A DNA stretch of 64,000 nucleotides from a virus (Duplodnaviria > Caudoviricetes). Under the pieces are notes generated by a model that had not been told where the DNA came from, did no database searches, and was given only the letters and a program-made list of their open reading frames with translations. The translations under genes were made by a program, and so were the position numbers. The stretch spans positions 9,278-73,277 of IMG/VR virus record IMGVR_UViG_3300046663_000412; one strand, 5' to 3'. Shown in pieces: positions 9,022 to 19,225 of this stretch (position 1 is its first letter; each line of letters begins with the position of its first letter).

Positions 9022-11179
9022 AACGCTCGAAGGTCCAGACGCGAGTCTTATCAGGGGCAGTGTGAACGGAGCATTTTAGCAAACCTTCGGTCTGTATCTG
9101 CTCCAAAAATCTGTTGATTTGGTCTGACTTGTAGCCGCGCATCAGGTCCTGATTAAATGCGTTCTGATTAATCATTCGGATGATGGCGGAGGTAGTCCCG
9201 GAATACCTGGGAGCTTCGGGATTGTCCTGGAACCAGAGCCGGAGAGTCTCTATCAGCAGTTCGCGGAACATCGCCGACGGAGCAGTCTGCCTGCCGCGCT
9301 CGACCATAAGCTCGTCGTGGAATGCAAGAAATCCGTAGCGTGAATCCCTCGTCGCTTCGATATAGTCAGGCCATTTGAAATCAACGAGCAGCCTACCCAG
9401 CACCGGAAGCTCCACGGCTAGCATCTTCTGAATCTCCGTGCGAGACGGGAATTTAAAATTGGGCAGATTCTGGCAACGGAACAAAACCATTTTGTCCATC
9501 GAATTGTTATCCAGACTCGCGGTTAGAATTCGCATCGACTCGAAGTCCATGTTTAGAGTCATGCCTACGCGGCCATTCCAGTCCACCAATCCCTGTTTGC
9601 GAAACTTGTCATTGCTAATCAGGCCGGACTGCGCGGTCACTTTTTTGAGGAGCGCCGCTACCTTCGCGCGTGCGCCAGGAGTGTTTGCGGGAACCTCGTC
9701 GTCTAGCACCCAATGGGCCACATCCATAAGGTAAGCATTAAAAGTCTCTCCTCCCACAAGATACCGGGTAGCGTCCGCAAATCCACCCAGCAAAGCGCCG
9801 ATGAATTCTCGGTTAACCAGCGTTTTGCCGGAGCCAGTCGGCCCGCACATTCCCAGTCTATGCCCGGGCAAAGGAGTCCAATTTATTGCAGACAAATAGG
9901 CATACTGCGCCCAGGCGAGAAACCACGGAAGTTGAATCTGCTCTTCTCTCCCGGAAACCGGGGGTGCGAACAGATTTTGTAGGATGAATGAACAGAACGG
10001 CGCGCCGCCATGGGGACCCCACTTCTGTGTGCCTACAGCGGGCTCAATTGGCTTCCGCTTGTAGTTGTTTAAACGTAGCTCCCCTTGGAAGGTAACCAAG
10101 CCCGGTTTCATGAACACAAAAGAGCCCGCGCTAGCGACTCGATTTTCCGATTGGACGTGATGCAGTGCTTGGTCAATCGGAGAGATTCCATCCGGCCCCG
10201 GCTTGCCAGATAGCTTGCACTCGACCCGCAGATAGAGCTTGAAGCTGGCTTCGTTGACCGATTCGTAGCGGCCATGAATCTTGCGAAAATAGTCGTGCCC
10301 GTCATACCAGCAATCGCGTGTGGCCTGGGTATACGCATTGGCCAGATACTCCGTCACGAAATCGCCGCCTAACAAGTCGGCCCATGTGTAGTAGCCTTTG
10401 TCCGCATGAGCGGAATAACAAGTGATGCCGCCCGACTTGACGACTGCGGACATCGGCGAGGTGCTGCCCGGGACAAACCAGTGTGAAGGCCCCTGGGAGT
10501 TAACTTCGAATTCGTCCGGCCACTCATACGCAGCATATTTTTCCTTCAGCGCCTTCTCGACAGTAGCAAGAGGAATCTGGTCGCTTTCTGTCGGCTTGAA
10601 TTTGTATTCCTTGGCTGTCTGGAAGAAAAAGTATTGTGAGTCTTTTGCTTTGATTGGAGGATGCTTCAGGTCCTCCCATAGGTCGCCCCTACACAGCAGC
10701 CGGGTAGGATTTTCAAACGCAGGCTCGTCCAGGCATGGGAGCAGCTTGAGGTTCAACCATATTTTGGCGTGCTGGTGCAGGAAAATTGCGAACGAAAAAT
10801 CATGGACTCGAATCGGCTCTTCTAAGAGATATATCAATCGAAAGTTTCCGCCCAGCGAGTGCTCCAGCCATGAGGGCTTATACTTCATCGACTCGATGGC
10901 TTGCATTATGGTTTCCCGGGGACAGGCGATGTCGAAGTCCGGCGAGAATCCTCTGACGAGTTGCGGCGGATTGCTCTCCTTCGTTACCCTCAGCCGGGGA
11001 TTCAGCGGCTCAATGAGGGTGTAAAAATAATGCTTCGTGTCCGGATTCTGATACCATGCCTGCCGGTCCTCTTTTACCTTTCGAATCTGCTCGGTAATTT
11101 TCTCCGTGGGTTTAAAGTCCCACGGCTCTACTCCGCTTAGGAGCGTATTGGTGACGGCGTTCTCTGCGTATAGAAACAT
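8936..11179 (-). CDS. Primase-helicase (prim-pol-like N-terminus, D5/DUF5906-like P-loop ATPase)
   Basis: GPTGSGKT Walker A, WVLDDE Walker B, NDKF motif; adjacent to polymerase; start taken at MFLYAEN. Confidence 0.8.
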   Translation of the reverse strand: MFLYAENAVTNTLLSGVEPWDFKPTEKITEQIRKVKEDRQAWYQNPDTKHYFYTLIEPLNPRLRVTKESNPPQLVRGFSPDFDIACPRETIMQAIESMKYKPSWLEHSLGGNFRLIYLLEEPIRVHDFSFAIFLHQHAKIWLNLKLLPCLDEPAFENPTRLLCRGDLWEDLKHPPIKAKDSQYFFFQTAKEYKFKPTESDQIPLATVEKALKEKYAAYEWPDEFEVNSQGPSHWFVPGSTSPMSAVVKSGGITCYSAHADKGYYTWADLLGGDFVTEYLANAYTQATRDCWYDGHDYFRKIHGRYESVNEASFKLYLRVECKLSGKPGPDGISPIDQALHHVQSENRVASAGSFVFMKPGLVTFQGELRLNNYKRKPIEPAVGTQKWGPHGGAPFCSFILQNLFAPPVSGREEQIQLPWFLAWAQYAYLSAINWTPLPGHRLGMCGPTGSGKTLVNREFIGALLGGFADATRYLVGGETFNAYLMDVAHWVLDDEVPANTPGARAKVAALLKKVTAQSGLISNDKFRKQGLVDWNGRVGMTLNMDFESMRILTASLDNNSMDKMVLFRCQNLPNFKFPSRTEIQKMLAVELPVLGRLLVDFKWPDYIEATRDSRYGFLAFHDELMVERGRQTAPSAMFRELLIETLRLWFQDNPEAPRYSGTTSAIIRMINQNAFNQDLMRGYKSDQINRFLEQIQTEGLLKCSVHTAPDKTRVWTFERFDTEAVPTLNPTTGVSFESPRPISPEAK

Positions 11180-11180
11180 A

Positions 11181-13181
11181 TTATTTCTCGTAGTGTTGCA
11201 GTTCTTTACCCTCCGCTGCAATCGGGCAACCTACCAGCCAGTCAGGAGTCTTCGACATCTCTTCTTCGACATCTTTTGCGGTGACGTTCAGGTCCACTTC
11301 CAGCACGGCTTCGTCGTGAACTGAAAATAGATTCCACCAGCCTCGCTTGTGCATCTCCACCAATTGGCGGGCGAACACTTCACGAGCCGTGGCCTGGACA
11401 ATATTCTCAACCAGCTTGCCCCCATAGAAAGTCTTTCGTTTCCCTCCCACGTCAGCGGTCGCTTTATTCTTTCGGATAGGTCTCCCGCTCACCGGGTCTT
11501 TTGTAATCTCCACGGCGAGTCGGACATCTCGATAGAAAATCACGCGACCGCTAGGCAACGTTACTTTGAAGTCCTCGCCGACCGAGGACCGGAGTTTAGA
11601 ATCCAGACGCGGGCTCAAGCCGTTATGTTCTACTGAGAACACCAGGGGATTTTGTTCGCGAAACGTTTTCACAATCTCGCGGCTCTTCTTTCCCCAGCCG
11701 GGAATCTTCCTGATACCACCCGGCGCGCCCAGGTCGTGAATCTCTTCAAACTCCGGGTCGTCTTTGGTGATATCGATTCCGCCTTCTTTCGCACAAATCG
11801 CGATAAACTTTTCCCAGCCAGCACCATAGCCCAGGCCCAACACCTGGATTTTAATCATCTTATACCAGTCGGTCTTCTTGGTGTTTCTGTCAAACCGGGG
11901 TCCGGTGTATCCCATGGATGCGACCGCGAAGGCTTCATACACCCCATAACCCTCTTGAATGAGCTTGAGCAATCTTGAATTGCCTGAAATGTATGCGAGG
12001 ACACGCGGCTCGATTTGTGATAAATCGCATGCAATCATTTTCTTTCCAGGCCGGGGGATAATCAGAGCCCGGAAATCGATAGCGTGCTTCACCCAGTCCG
12101 GGTAAACCCCGTGCTCGTCCTTGTGGTCGAGCGCCTGCTGGACCCGGATATCATCCGATTCCATGGTGCCTTCTATGGTCACCAGCATCGGCTTCTTCCG
12201 CATGTTCTGAAAATTAATCTTCGCATCTCCGGACCACCTGCCAGTGTGCGCGCCGAAATATTTCAGGGCGAACGGCATCGTGCCGTCGGAACGCAACCTG
12301 CGTTTCACCGTGAGAAAAGTGCAATACAGTTTGTTTATAGAGCGCCAAGCAGAAACAGCCTTAATCCAGGGGTGCTGCTTGGCGTATTGAAGCTCCCACT
12401 CTTCGTAACCCTCTTCGTCCTCCGACTTCGTCGGCGGGCACGGGATTCCCATTCTCCGGCATTGCTCTGCGATGCACTTAGTGGAGGTAGGCTTGCAGTT
12501 GAAATCATCCCAATCTTCGGACTCGTCATCGCGAAGCCAGGGGATGATTTTTTCGGTGTTGTGTTTGACGTCATGCGTTTGAAGGATGTAGCTATCGAGC
12601 AGCGCGGTGTCGATTTGCACGCCGTGCATGCCCTGGTCGATTGTGATGTTGCTTAAAATTTGTTCGTGCTCCGGCCACTGCGAGCCGTAGTCTTCCCAGA
12701 GCTTCCAGGCCCAATATGCATCCACCTTGCCGGAGTCCACGACCTGGGTCCGCTGAGCCTCGGTAAGGTCCGCGAATTTCGCGTTATCCATGATGTCGCG
12801 ATAATCTTTTCCCACCTTCGTTTTGTAGAGGTGCAGAACCGCTTCAGCGAGCGCGCGCCGGTTGCAGAGATACGAAGTCAGGTTAGCGGTGCAGTGCCAC
12901 GCGGCTGGCTTGACATGCGCGGGGATTAGATTGCGCCGCTGAAGCTCGTTGAAAACAGTGTTATCGAAATACCGGTTGTGGCTCACGACGACAGCGCCGT
13001 GAACCGACTCCCAGTTGAATTCCCCCGGGGCACCAGCCCAGACTATCGGCCCGTTGCAAGCGGACAAAAGGTAGCAGTCGAAAAGCTCGTGACGGCAGTA
13101 GTCTTCAGCAATGAGTTGCTTCAGGCCGTATTTGAGCTTCTTCGAGTAAAATGTCTCGAAGTCTAGGCTGATGTGGCTCAC
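11181..13181 (-). CDS. DNA polymerase family A with 3'-5' exonuclease domain
   Basis: LDFET exo I; TGRWSG..NFQN; motif A DLSQIEPR; motif B KIQVLGLGYG; motif C VHDE. Confidence 0.95.
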   Translation of the reverse strand: MSHISLDFETFYSKKLKYGLKQLIAEDYCRHELFDCYLLSACNGPIVWAGAPGEFNWESVHGAVVVSHNRYFDNTVFNELQRRNLIPAHVKPAAWHCTANLTSYLCNRRALAEAVLHLYKTKVGKDYRDIMDNAKFADLTEAQRTQVVDSGKVDAYWAWKLWEDYGSQWPEHEQILSNITIDQGMHGVQIDTALLDSYILQTHDVKHNTEKIIPWLRDDESEDWDDFNCKPTSTKCIAEQCRRMGIPCPPTKSEDEEGYEEWELQYAKQHPWIKAVSAWRSINKLYCTFLTVKRRLRSDGTMPFALKYFGAHTGRWSGDAKINFQNMRKKPMLVTIEGTMESDDIRVQQALDHKDEHGVYPDWVKHAIDFRALIIPRPGKKMIACDLSQIEPRVLAYISGNSRLLKLIQEGYGVYEAFAVASMGYTGPRFDRNTKKTDWYKMIKIQVLGLGYGAGWEKFIAICAKEGGIDITKDDPEFEEIHDLGAPGGIRKIPGWGKKSREIVKTFREQNPLVFSVEHNGLSPRLDSKLRSSVGEDFKVTLPSGRVIFYRDVRLAVEITKDPVSGRPIRKNKATADVGGKRKTFYGGKLVENIVQATAREVFARQLVEMHKRGWWNLFSVHDEAVLEVDLNVTAKDVEEEMSKTPDWLVGCPIAAEGKELQHYEK

Positions 13182-13501
13182 TGCGCGTAGCCTTGAATTT
13201 CGGTTCGCAGGCTGTCAATGGTGCCTTCGAGTTGTGTAGCTTCGTATTCCTTCTTGCCCAATTCCGCTTCGGCCTTGCACAGAGGACACTCTTTTTCCTT
13301 GTGCCAGATTTTGGGATGCCCGGTTGCACACATCGATGCGCCGCTGATTAAATAGTCCATAAGACAAATAGAAGAGCCGTCCTGGTGCCAAGAGTCCACC
13401 AGGACGGCAGGGTTTGCTATCTGGTCCGGCCCAACGTTACACCCACTGAGGGCATCCGCTTGACCTTCCGCTGAATTATCTTGGCAATGACCAGATTCCA
13501 T
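13178..13501 (-). CDS. Hypothetical protein (CxxC then coiled coil; start uncertain)
   Basis: ORF abutting polymerase start. Confidence 0.5.
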   Translation of the reverse strand: MESGHCQDNSAEGQADALSGCNVGPDQIANPAVLVDSWHQDGSSICLMDYLISGASMCATGHPKIWHKEKECPLCKAEAELGKKEYEATQLEGTIDSLRTEIQGYAQ

Positions 13502-13782
13502 TTCTCCATGACTCTATCAGAAAGAGCCCCCGTGGTGAAACCTAATTCGCCAGGATTCAGAAAATCTTCCTGGGAAACTCCGGCACCCTGGTCGATAGCC
13601 CGGACCAGGGATTCCACGTCGGCCCTTACTTCATCCAGGAAGTCTTGCCCCACGCGGGTGAATTTTCCTAGGCGGATTTCTTTTGAACAGCGGAGCGCAT
13701 GTTCGCGCACGGCTGCTTCGTTTAGGATACGAAGGGTCCCAAGCTCCATTACTTCTTCACTCATTGGATTTTCGTTTTTCAA
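13417..13782 (-). CDS. Hypothetical protein
   Basis: 121-aa ORF in operon. Confidence 0.7.
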   Translation of the reverse strand: MKNENPMSEEVMELGTLRILNEAAVREHALRCSKEIRLGKFTRVGQDFLDEVRADVESLVRAIDQGAGVSQEDFLNPGELGFTTGALSDRVMEKWNLVIAKIIQRKVKRMPSVGVTLGRTR

Positions 13783-13957
13783 ATTTTTGGTTAACGATTG
13801 AAAAGGCTTCTTTCGAAGTTGACCCGTGCCCTGCGACTTCAGCCGCAGAGCACTTGGGATTTGCGCAGTAGACCGTCATTCCGAATTTCGGGTCACCAGG
13901 ATGAATCTGGTTTCCCGGTTGCTCGGACAACGGCTGATTGCAGACGGGGCAATTCAT
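13757..13957 (-). CDS. Small zinc-ribbon protein
   Basis: CPVC..CANPKC. Confidence 0.7.
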   Translation of the reverse strand: MNCPVCNQPLSEQPGNQIHPGDPKFGMTVYCANPKCSAAEVAGHGSTSKEAFSIVNQKFEKRKSNE

Positions 13958-14229
13958 GGTTTCTCTGCCGTAGGAGGCACAAAAAACTGATGCACGAACC
14001 TCTCTGGGTCAGTCCAAGCCGGATGATTATCGCGGATATAAAAAGCTCCTGCGAACGCAAACACCAGTAGCCCCAGCCAGACGAGCATTCCGATACCCTT
14101 AACCCTGTCGCTGGCCTTTGAGCTTAGTAGCCCTAGGGGTCCGACTACCAGAGCCGCGACCATGAGCACGAGGAGCACGAACAGCGTGCCCCCGTATACG
14201 ACGAGGGCGAGGCATTCGAGAAAACTCAT
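13954..14229 (-). CDS. Small membrane protein
   Basis: Two hydrophobic segments; start MSFLECLAL overlaps upstream stop. Confidence 0.65.
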   Translation of the reverse strand: MSFLECLALVVYGGTLFVLLVLMVAALVVGPLGLLSSKASDRVKGIGMLVWLGLLVFAFAGAFYIRDNHPAWTDPERFVHQFFVPPTAEKP

Positions 14230-14858
14230 TCGTCCCCCAGTTCCATCCCCTCGGGGATTTCGAATTTCATTGCCTTGCTGTTGCACGCGCACAATGGGGC
14301 ACCGATTTCTTCGAGCCACTTGCGGGTGATTCGAACGTTGCAGCCACAGGAACCGCACTCTGCTTTAATAAGCCGGGTGGTCTGCTTCTTCACCGGGCGC
14401 ATATTCGGATTAAGCTGGGCGTGCGGATACGCGCCAAGCTTCGCCACGATTGTCTTCGACTCCGCGAGAAACGCTTCGCCACCAAAAGTAGCGGTGAGCT
14501 TTCCTTCCAGGCCGATTGAACGCACGCATTTCCCAAACACCTTGTTGTGTTTTTCTTTGATGCCCACGACCGCATGAGCAACCTCGTGCGCGAGTGTCGG
14601 AAGAACCCCGTAGGAATCCACCGGGTCCTTGAGTCGCGGCGAGATAAAAATCTGGTGAACCTTGTCCGTTGACGCTTTCGCATCCCAGCATTCGCCGATT
14701 GAATATTTTTTCGCCGATAGACCACGACTGGAGGGCCAGCCGCAGCTAACGCGAACCTTGGGGACTTTGTATCCCTGCTTGGTGAACAGCGGTAGCATCG
14801 CCTGGACTGCTGCGGCTAGCCACTGTTCTCGGTTTTCGTGTTTTTGTTTTTGTGCCAT
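14226..14858 (-). CDS. SprT-like zinc metalloprotease-domain protein
   Basis: LAHEVAH (HExxH), C-terminal CGSCG..CAC; start at MAQKQKH. Confidence 0.8.
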   Translation of the reverse strand: MAQKQKHENREQWLAAAVQAMLPLFTKQGYKVPKVRVSCGWPSSRGLSAKKYSIGECWDAKASTDKVHQIFISPRLKDPVDSYGVLPTLAHEVAHAVVGIKEKHNKVFGKCVRSIGLEGKLTATFGGEAFLAESKTIVAKLGAYPHAQLNPNMRPVKKQTTRLIKAECGSCGCNVRITRKWLEEIGAPLCACNSKAMKFEIPEGMELGDE

Positions 14859-14862
14859 AAAA

Positions 14863-15102
14863 TTATTCCTCGATTGGCCGGAGCGCCAAGTTGCCGGTCG
14901 CGCGAGGGTCTGAATAGACCGGCACGACGTCCAGGGTAGCGACGAATTGCTTCGCACTGCTGAGCCGCTTGTAGACCTTAGCGTCTCCGAGTAACCGGCG
15001 AAAATCGCCGCAGCAATTCCGCGCGTCCGACCAGCGTTTGCCCATCCAGGGAAAATTCGTCTGGACCTGGGACTTGAGAACGTATCCAAAAGGTTTGGCC
15101 AT
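14863..15102 (-). CDS. Hypothetical protein
   Basis: Start MAKPFGY within track ORF 14863..15273. Confidence 0.6.
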   Translation of the reverse strand: MAKPFGYVLKSQVQTNFPWMGKRWSDARNCCGDFRRLLGDAKVYKRLSSAKQFVATLDVVPVYSDPRATGNLALRPIEE

Positions 15103-15106
15103 AAAA

Positions 15107-15523
15107 TTAGTCCATGTTGGGGAATGCGGCGTAATAGGCGTCCTGCTCGTCGCGAGTGCGAAGGGCCTTGAAACTGTTCTCGTCAATCTGATTGGCGAGC
15201 GTGGGCAGTTCGCGGCGCGCCTGGGCAAGGGCTTCGTCCTTGGTGACCGCGTAGACCTGATTAAAGCCGCCACCGATGAAAGTGAACGACCAGAGAACTC
15301 TCTCAGCGACCCTGTTAGGCCGACCCAGAGGAGAAAGGGGAGCGGAACCGTGAGTATAGCAGGAAGGAATCTGCACCTGATTTTTGCCGTTCACCAGGGC
15401 GATATCCACCGAGAGAACCACGCAAGCTTTGTCACCAGACTTGTCACCCTTGCATTGGGCGCGGGCTTTGCGGAGAAGACCCTTCAGGTCTTTGACGCTG
15501 ACTACCATGTAATTTTCATTCAT
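15107..15523 (-). CDS. Hypothetical protein, probably leaderless
   Basis: ATG 6 nt after a -10 hexamer. Confidence 0.7.
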   Translation of the reverse strand: MNENYMVVSVKDLKGLLRKARAQCKGDKSGDKACVVLSVDIALVNGKNQVQIPSCYTHGSAPLSPLGRPNRVAERVLWSFTFIGGGFNQVYAVTKDEALAQARRELPTLANQIDENSFKALRTRDEQDAYYAAFPNMD

Positions 15524-15529
15524 GCCACC

Positions 15530-15557
15530 AAGATACACCCGGCCCGTTTAAACGCAA
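15530..15557 (-). promoter_or_regulatory. Host sigma70-type promoter
   Basis: TTGCGT-N16-TATCTT-N6-ATG; near-identical to 19728-19755 and 29615-29642. Confidence 0.75.
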
Positions 15558-15589
15558 CCCCCTATTTGCAGTTTGTAGTTTATCTAATG

Positions 15590-15620
15590 GAAAAGGCACC
15601 GTGAATTAATCCACGGTGCC
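15590..15620 (-). terminator. Rho-independent terminator
   Basis: GCACCGTG/CACGGTGC stem followed by TTTT on - strand, downstream of SSB-like gene. Confidence 0.7.
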
Positions 15621-15641
15621 CTGTGCAATCCGCGTGTCTGA

Positions 15642-16478
15642 TTATTCAGTGGCGGGCGCTTCGAGCGCATTCCTCACGAATTCCAGAAACTCCGGGGTAG
15701 TGGGTTTCGTGGCGATGCAGACCGGGACCCAGGCTTTGTTGCCCGTGCCGTAGGTCTCTTCCTTCGTGGTGACGGCATACTCGTAGGAGGGGTAACCACC
15801 CTTCCGCAGAATTCCCATCTTGCGAGCCGTGAAGAAAACCTTCTTCGCGGCAGCGGTGTAAACCGCGCCCTTCATCGCCCAGAGAGCCAGGGCGAATTTT
15901 CTGTCTCCAACCGGGTAGTTGAAGACCGTGTCGTCATCCGGATAGTCAGCCGGACGTTCGACCGCGATGAACGCGTCCACCAGGGGCTGGAACAGTTTGC
16001 ATCCGGATTTCTCCTTCAGCTTCCATTCCTGGTAGTCCGTGGTGCCACCGTTCGAGGCAACCTCGGCGACGTTCTTCACGATAAGGCCGCGCGCGCCACC
16101 GGTAGTTTTCTCGACATACCGGGTAGGCCGGAAGCCGATAACCACCATGTTCACTGGAGCAGTCGCAGCGCGAACCACTGCGCCGTCCTTGAGGCGCGGG
16201 GGCACAAACAGAACTGCCTTCTGGTCGTAGACCAGCGAGCCCAGTTCGAAGGTGTCCTTAAGCTCGCCCATGTTCTGGACGATGTTCACCCGGGGGATGA
16301 TGATGTCCTCGAAGGCCGGGATGAAGTCTCCCAGCAACAAGCCGCTGCTGCTCGGGGCAGCGACGGCGACCGGGCCAGCGACCGGAGCGGGAATAACCGC
16401 AGTGGTTGCAGGCGTAGCAGTAGTTCCAGCCACATCAGTGACCGGCTGCTCATTTTTACCAAACACTATTTCACTCAT
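15642..16478 (-). CDS. Putative ssDNA-binding protein
   Basis: DIIIPRVNIVQ motif and position next to DUF2800 nuclease in a PolA replication module. Confidence 0.5.
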   Translation of the reverse strand: MSEIVFGKNEQPVTDVAGTTATPATTAVIPAPVAGPVAVAAPSSSGLLLGDFIPAFEDIIIPRVNIVQNMGELKDTFELGSLVYDQKAVLFVPPRLKDGAVVRAATAPVNMVVIGFRPTRYVEKTTGGARGLIVKNVAEVASNGGTTDYQEWKLKEKSGCKLFQPLVDAFIAVERPADYPDDDTVFNYPVGDRKFALALWAMKGAVYTAAAKKVFFTARKMGILRKGGYPSYEYAVTTKEETYGTGNKAWVPVCIATKPTTPEFLEFVRNALEAPATE

Positions 16479-17757
16479 TTTGTTTTTGTGTTACGTTGTT
16501 TTTACCTTTGTCGTTTTGAACCTTCAAGAAAGCGTATCCATCCCCGTGAACGACTGCACCGGAATCAACCAGAGCTTTCTTAAAATCTTCTACTGCGGAC
16601 TTCTTCGTGCCGCGAGGACTTTTATCCTTGATGATTTCCTCGATGGGACCGAAGGTAGCGTCCAGGCATTTTTCGTATTCGTCCCTGGTCACGTATTGCA
16701 ACGCTATCTCGCGGAATTTCGAAAGGTCCACTATGCCCCGGCGTCCAGGCATGGTTTGGATAATCATGCCCTCAGGAACCGCTGCGTCGTTTCGCAGCAC
16801 TCGGTCCGTGACCTGCCTACGGAATGCCTCCGCCCAGATTTTCACCACGGACGCTAACGTGAGCGCCTTCTTGGTGTTCTGCGGGTCGAGTATCATTGTC
16901 GGCGTGATGTCGTCAGGAAATTCCAGCGGGTGAAACTTCTTGCCAACCTTCAACGCATTGGCTAATCCGATTGGGCAGCGTCCGAGATTCGCACAGAAAT
17001 TACAGGCCGGGACATACGCCCTAGCTGTCGAAAAATCCTGCTTTCTTCGAGCGAGTCGCGCACGGGCAACGATAGCTTGAATTCGAAGATAGAGAACGGG
17101 GATTTCTTCCCGGTTGAATGTGTGCTCAGACAGCAGCCCGATAAGTGGCTGCTTGAACCAAAATCTAACGGCGCGGAGTGAAGGATACTTTTTGAAAAGA
17201 CCCAGGACATAGGCGATACCTTGCGGATTCGTTTCCGCGCCTTCAACTGCCCAGTAGCCGAATTTCCAGTCAATGACTTCTGCATAGGTTATATTGTAGT
17301 TGAGTAAAACGTGGTCCACGTATCCAGCCGTGGTTGAAATTGCATCATCGAAAACGATGTCATCAATCGGAAGGTAAGCTTCTTTTAGCTCCTGGATTTC
17401 CACTGGCGTGCCGGTTAACACTCCATTGTTGTCGGTCACTGCTGCGGTAGCTTCCTGCTGGAGAATTAATCGCCGCTCTTCCACGAAGTCCAAGCACTCT
17501 GCCACCGCTGCCGCGTCATCGTCATCCAGCCGGGTGTCGTCCTCCTGAGTCTCAGTAGCCTTGTGGGCGATGGTGCCAATAATCGAACGAACCGCTTTCG
17601 AATCCCGGCCAATGTAATCCGGGCAAGCTTCCAGGTTCGCCAGGGACGAAGGCGAATAGGGGTGATGTGGTCTTTCGACCTCAGTCTCTGGAACTGCAAC
17701 CGGTGCAGCGGGGCCGGTTGCAGTTGGAACAGTCATGATTGTTTTCGGGTCTGACAT
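16471..17757 (-). CDS. DUF2800/Cas4-like PD-(D/E)XK exonuclease
   Basis: YSPSSLANLEACP, GTIAH, GYVDH..IDWKFG, QGIAY, CNFC. Confidence 0.85.
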   Translation of the reverse strand: MSDPKTIMTVPTATGPAAPVAVPETEVERPHHPYSPSSLANLEACPDYIGRDSKAVRSIIGTIAHKATETQEDDTRLDDDDAAAVAECLDFVEERRLILQQEATAAVTDNNGVLTGTPVEIQELKEAYLPIDDIVFDDAISTTAGYVDHVLLNYNITYAEVIDWKFGYWAVEGAETNPQGIAYVLGLFKKYPSLRAVRFWFKQPLIGLLSEHTFNREEIPVLYLRIQAIVARARLARRKQDFSTARAYVPACNFCANLGRCPIGLANALKVGKKFHPLEFPDDITPTMILDPQNTKKALTLASVVKIWAEAFRRQVTDRVLRNDAAVPEGMIIQTMPGRRGIVDLSKFREIALQYVTRDEYEKCLDATFGPIEEIIKDKSPRGTKKSAVEDFKKALVDSGAVVHGDGYAFLKVQNDKGKNNVTQKQNE

Positions 17758-17824
17758 TTTCTTCTGACGGGAGAATAGCTAAACCGGAGAGAACGAGAAA
17801 CCAGATAATGAAAAAAGTTATCAT

Positions 17825-17848
17825 TCGTTCAATCGTTCAATCGTTCAA
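17825..17848 (+). repeat. TCGTTCAA x3 tandem octamer
   Basis: Three exact copies spanning the end of the HTH gene. Confidence 0.8.
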
Positions 17849-18106
17849 TCCTTGCGCCATGCCCAGGGCAGCCCGGAGCCTGACCTGGAGCTTAAACAGT
17901 GCGAGGCATTCTTCCCGGGCAACCATGGTCCGGCTGATGCCCAGTCTTTTCGCAACTTCCGCACGGGTCATTCGTTGAGGAAGTGCCGCAGCGATTCGCT
18001 GGCCGATGTGCATCTGCTCTTTGTAGCCTTCTCCCGTCCTACCCTTGGAGAATTTTTTAGCGGGTCCCACGGTAAGCCTCCTGCACTGCGGCCCACGCGC
18101 GGCCAC
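17837..18106 (-). CDS. Small HTH protein (sigma region-4-like); start may be 18013
   Basis: MTRAEVAKRLGISRTMVAREECLALFKL. Confidence 0.65.
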   Translation of the reverse strand: MAARGPQCRRLTVGPAKKFSKGRTGEGYKEQMHIGQRIAAALPQRMTRAEVAKRLGISRTMVAREECLALFKLQVRLRAALGMAQGLND

Positions 18107-18317
18107 ACTTCGCTGTCCGGAGATTCAGGTCCACGCCTGAGAATTCATCCGGGAGAAGATAGGGAAGGTTGCGGGGGAGGGGATTTTTGGTCTGCTGGTC
18201 CTTACGGATACGTTTTTTGAATTTGTTCATATTTTTAGTTACACTTCTTGAGTTGGTATTTCGAGGGAAGTGTCACCTCGAAAGGAATCGATGCCGCGAA
18301 CCGACTCAGAAAACTGG

Positions 18318-18509
18318 CTATTGCCCCATTACGCGTTTGTGCATCGCGTCTCTGGCTGGCGCTCCGGTTGGTTTCCAGCCGTGCTCGACCGCGTTCAGCA
18401 GCCGTTTTTGTCGCGCGGCTTTTGCGGGAGTGGTTGATTTTGCTTTTACTCCGCCTGGGGTGGATACGCGGACTCTGCCTTTTCCTGCTGGTCGTATTTT
18501 TACTGGCAT
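18318..18509 (-). CDS. Small basic hypothetical phage protein
   Basis: MPVKIRPAGKGRVRVSTPGGVKAK..; preceded by full late-promoter motif. Confidence 0.75.
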   Translation of the reverse strand: MPVKIRPAGKGRVRVSTPGGVKAKSTTPAKAARQKRLLNAVEHGWKPTGAPARDAMHKRVMGQ

Positions 18510-18516
18510 GCATAAC

Positions 18517-18543
18517 AGTCGCTAATTAGACCATAAGTGTCAG
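18517..18543 (-). promoter_or_regulatory. Putative phage-sigma (late) promoter
   Basis: CTGACA-N15-GCGACT-N7-ATG. Confidence 0.7.
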
Positions 18544-18583
18544 CATCAGCGCAAACCACAAAAGGTTGCGCACAATCCCGTCA

Positions 18584-19225
18584 TCAATTGCCTGCTGTCG
18601 ATAAGATTTCACGTCGTTGGGCTCCTTCGTCCGGGGTTCGGATTGGCCGCAGGCAGGGATTTACTAGCCCACGAAATTCCTGGGTCTGAATCCACCAAAA
18701 GGTTTGTGCTGGCTCTGCCGGAGTGGCGACACAATACTCCGCCAGTTCGCTCCAATCGATTCCCGGATGGAATCGAATCGCTTCCGCACCGATTTCGTCG
18801 GTCATCACGAACACCTGGGCAGCATCGCTGAGAAAAGCAAGCCGTGACGGCACTCCGAGACGGGAACAAAAATATCCAGTGACCAACGCGCGCGAGACTG
18901 CGCCGTCTCTGCCGCCCACGTCGCGATAGCTCCAGACTGTTAGCATCGACCATATTCCGGGAAGCACTCGAACCGGAGCTTCCCCAGCGGATTTTCGAAG
19001 TGCTGCACGAAGCTCTGGGCCGGTGAGAAATGAAATCAGCCGTTCCCAAGCTGTCGCAGTAGTAGGGAACATTCGTTTGGCCGCACTGACCGTAAATGGA
19101 ATCTCGTTTCCATCTTCGAACCATAGGCGTTCGAGCGCGCCGTGATACGCGGCTGTAACCCGCATCAGCGTAGAGGTATGATACAGCTTGTAAAGCTGGC
19201 CGAAGGTGAGCTTGGATAAATTCAT
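18584..19225 (-). CDS. Hypothetical protein
   Basis: 213-aa ORF. Confidence 0.65.
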   Translation of the reverse strand: MNLSKLTFGQLYKLYHTSTLMRVTAAYHGALERLWFEDGNEIPFTVSAAKRMFPTTATAWERLISFLTGPELRAALRKSAGEAPVRVLPGIWSMLTVWSYRDVGGRDGAVSRALVTGYFCSRLGVPSRLAFLSDAAQVFVMTDEIGAEAIRFHPGIDWSELAEYCVATPAEPAQTFWWIQTQEFRGLVNPCLRPIRTPDEGAQRREILSTAGN

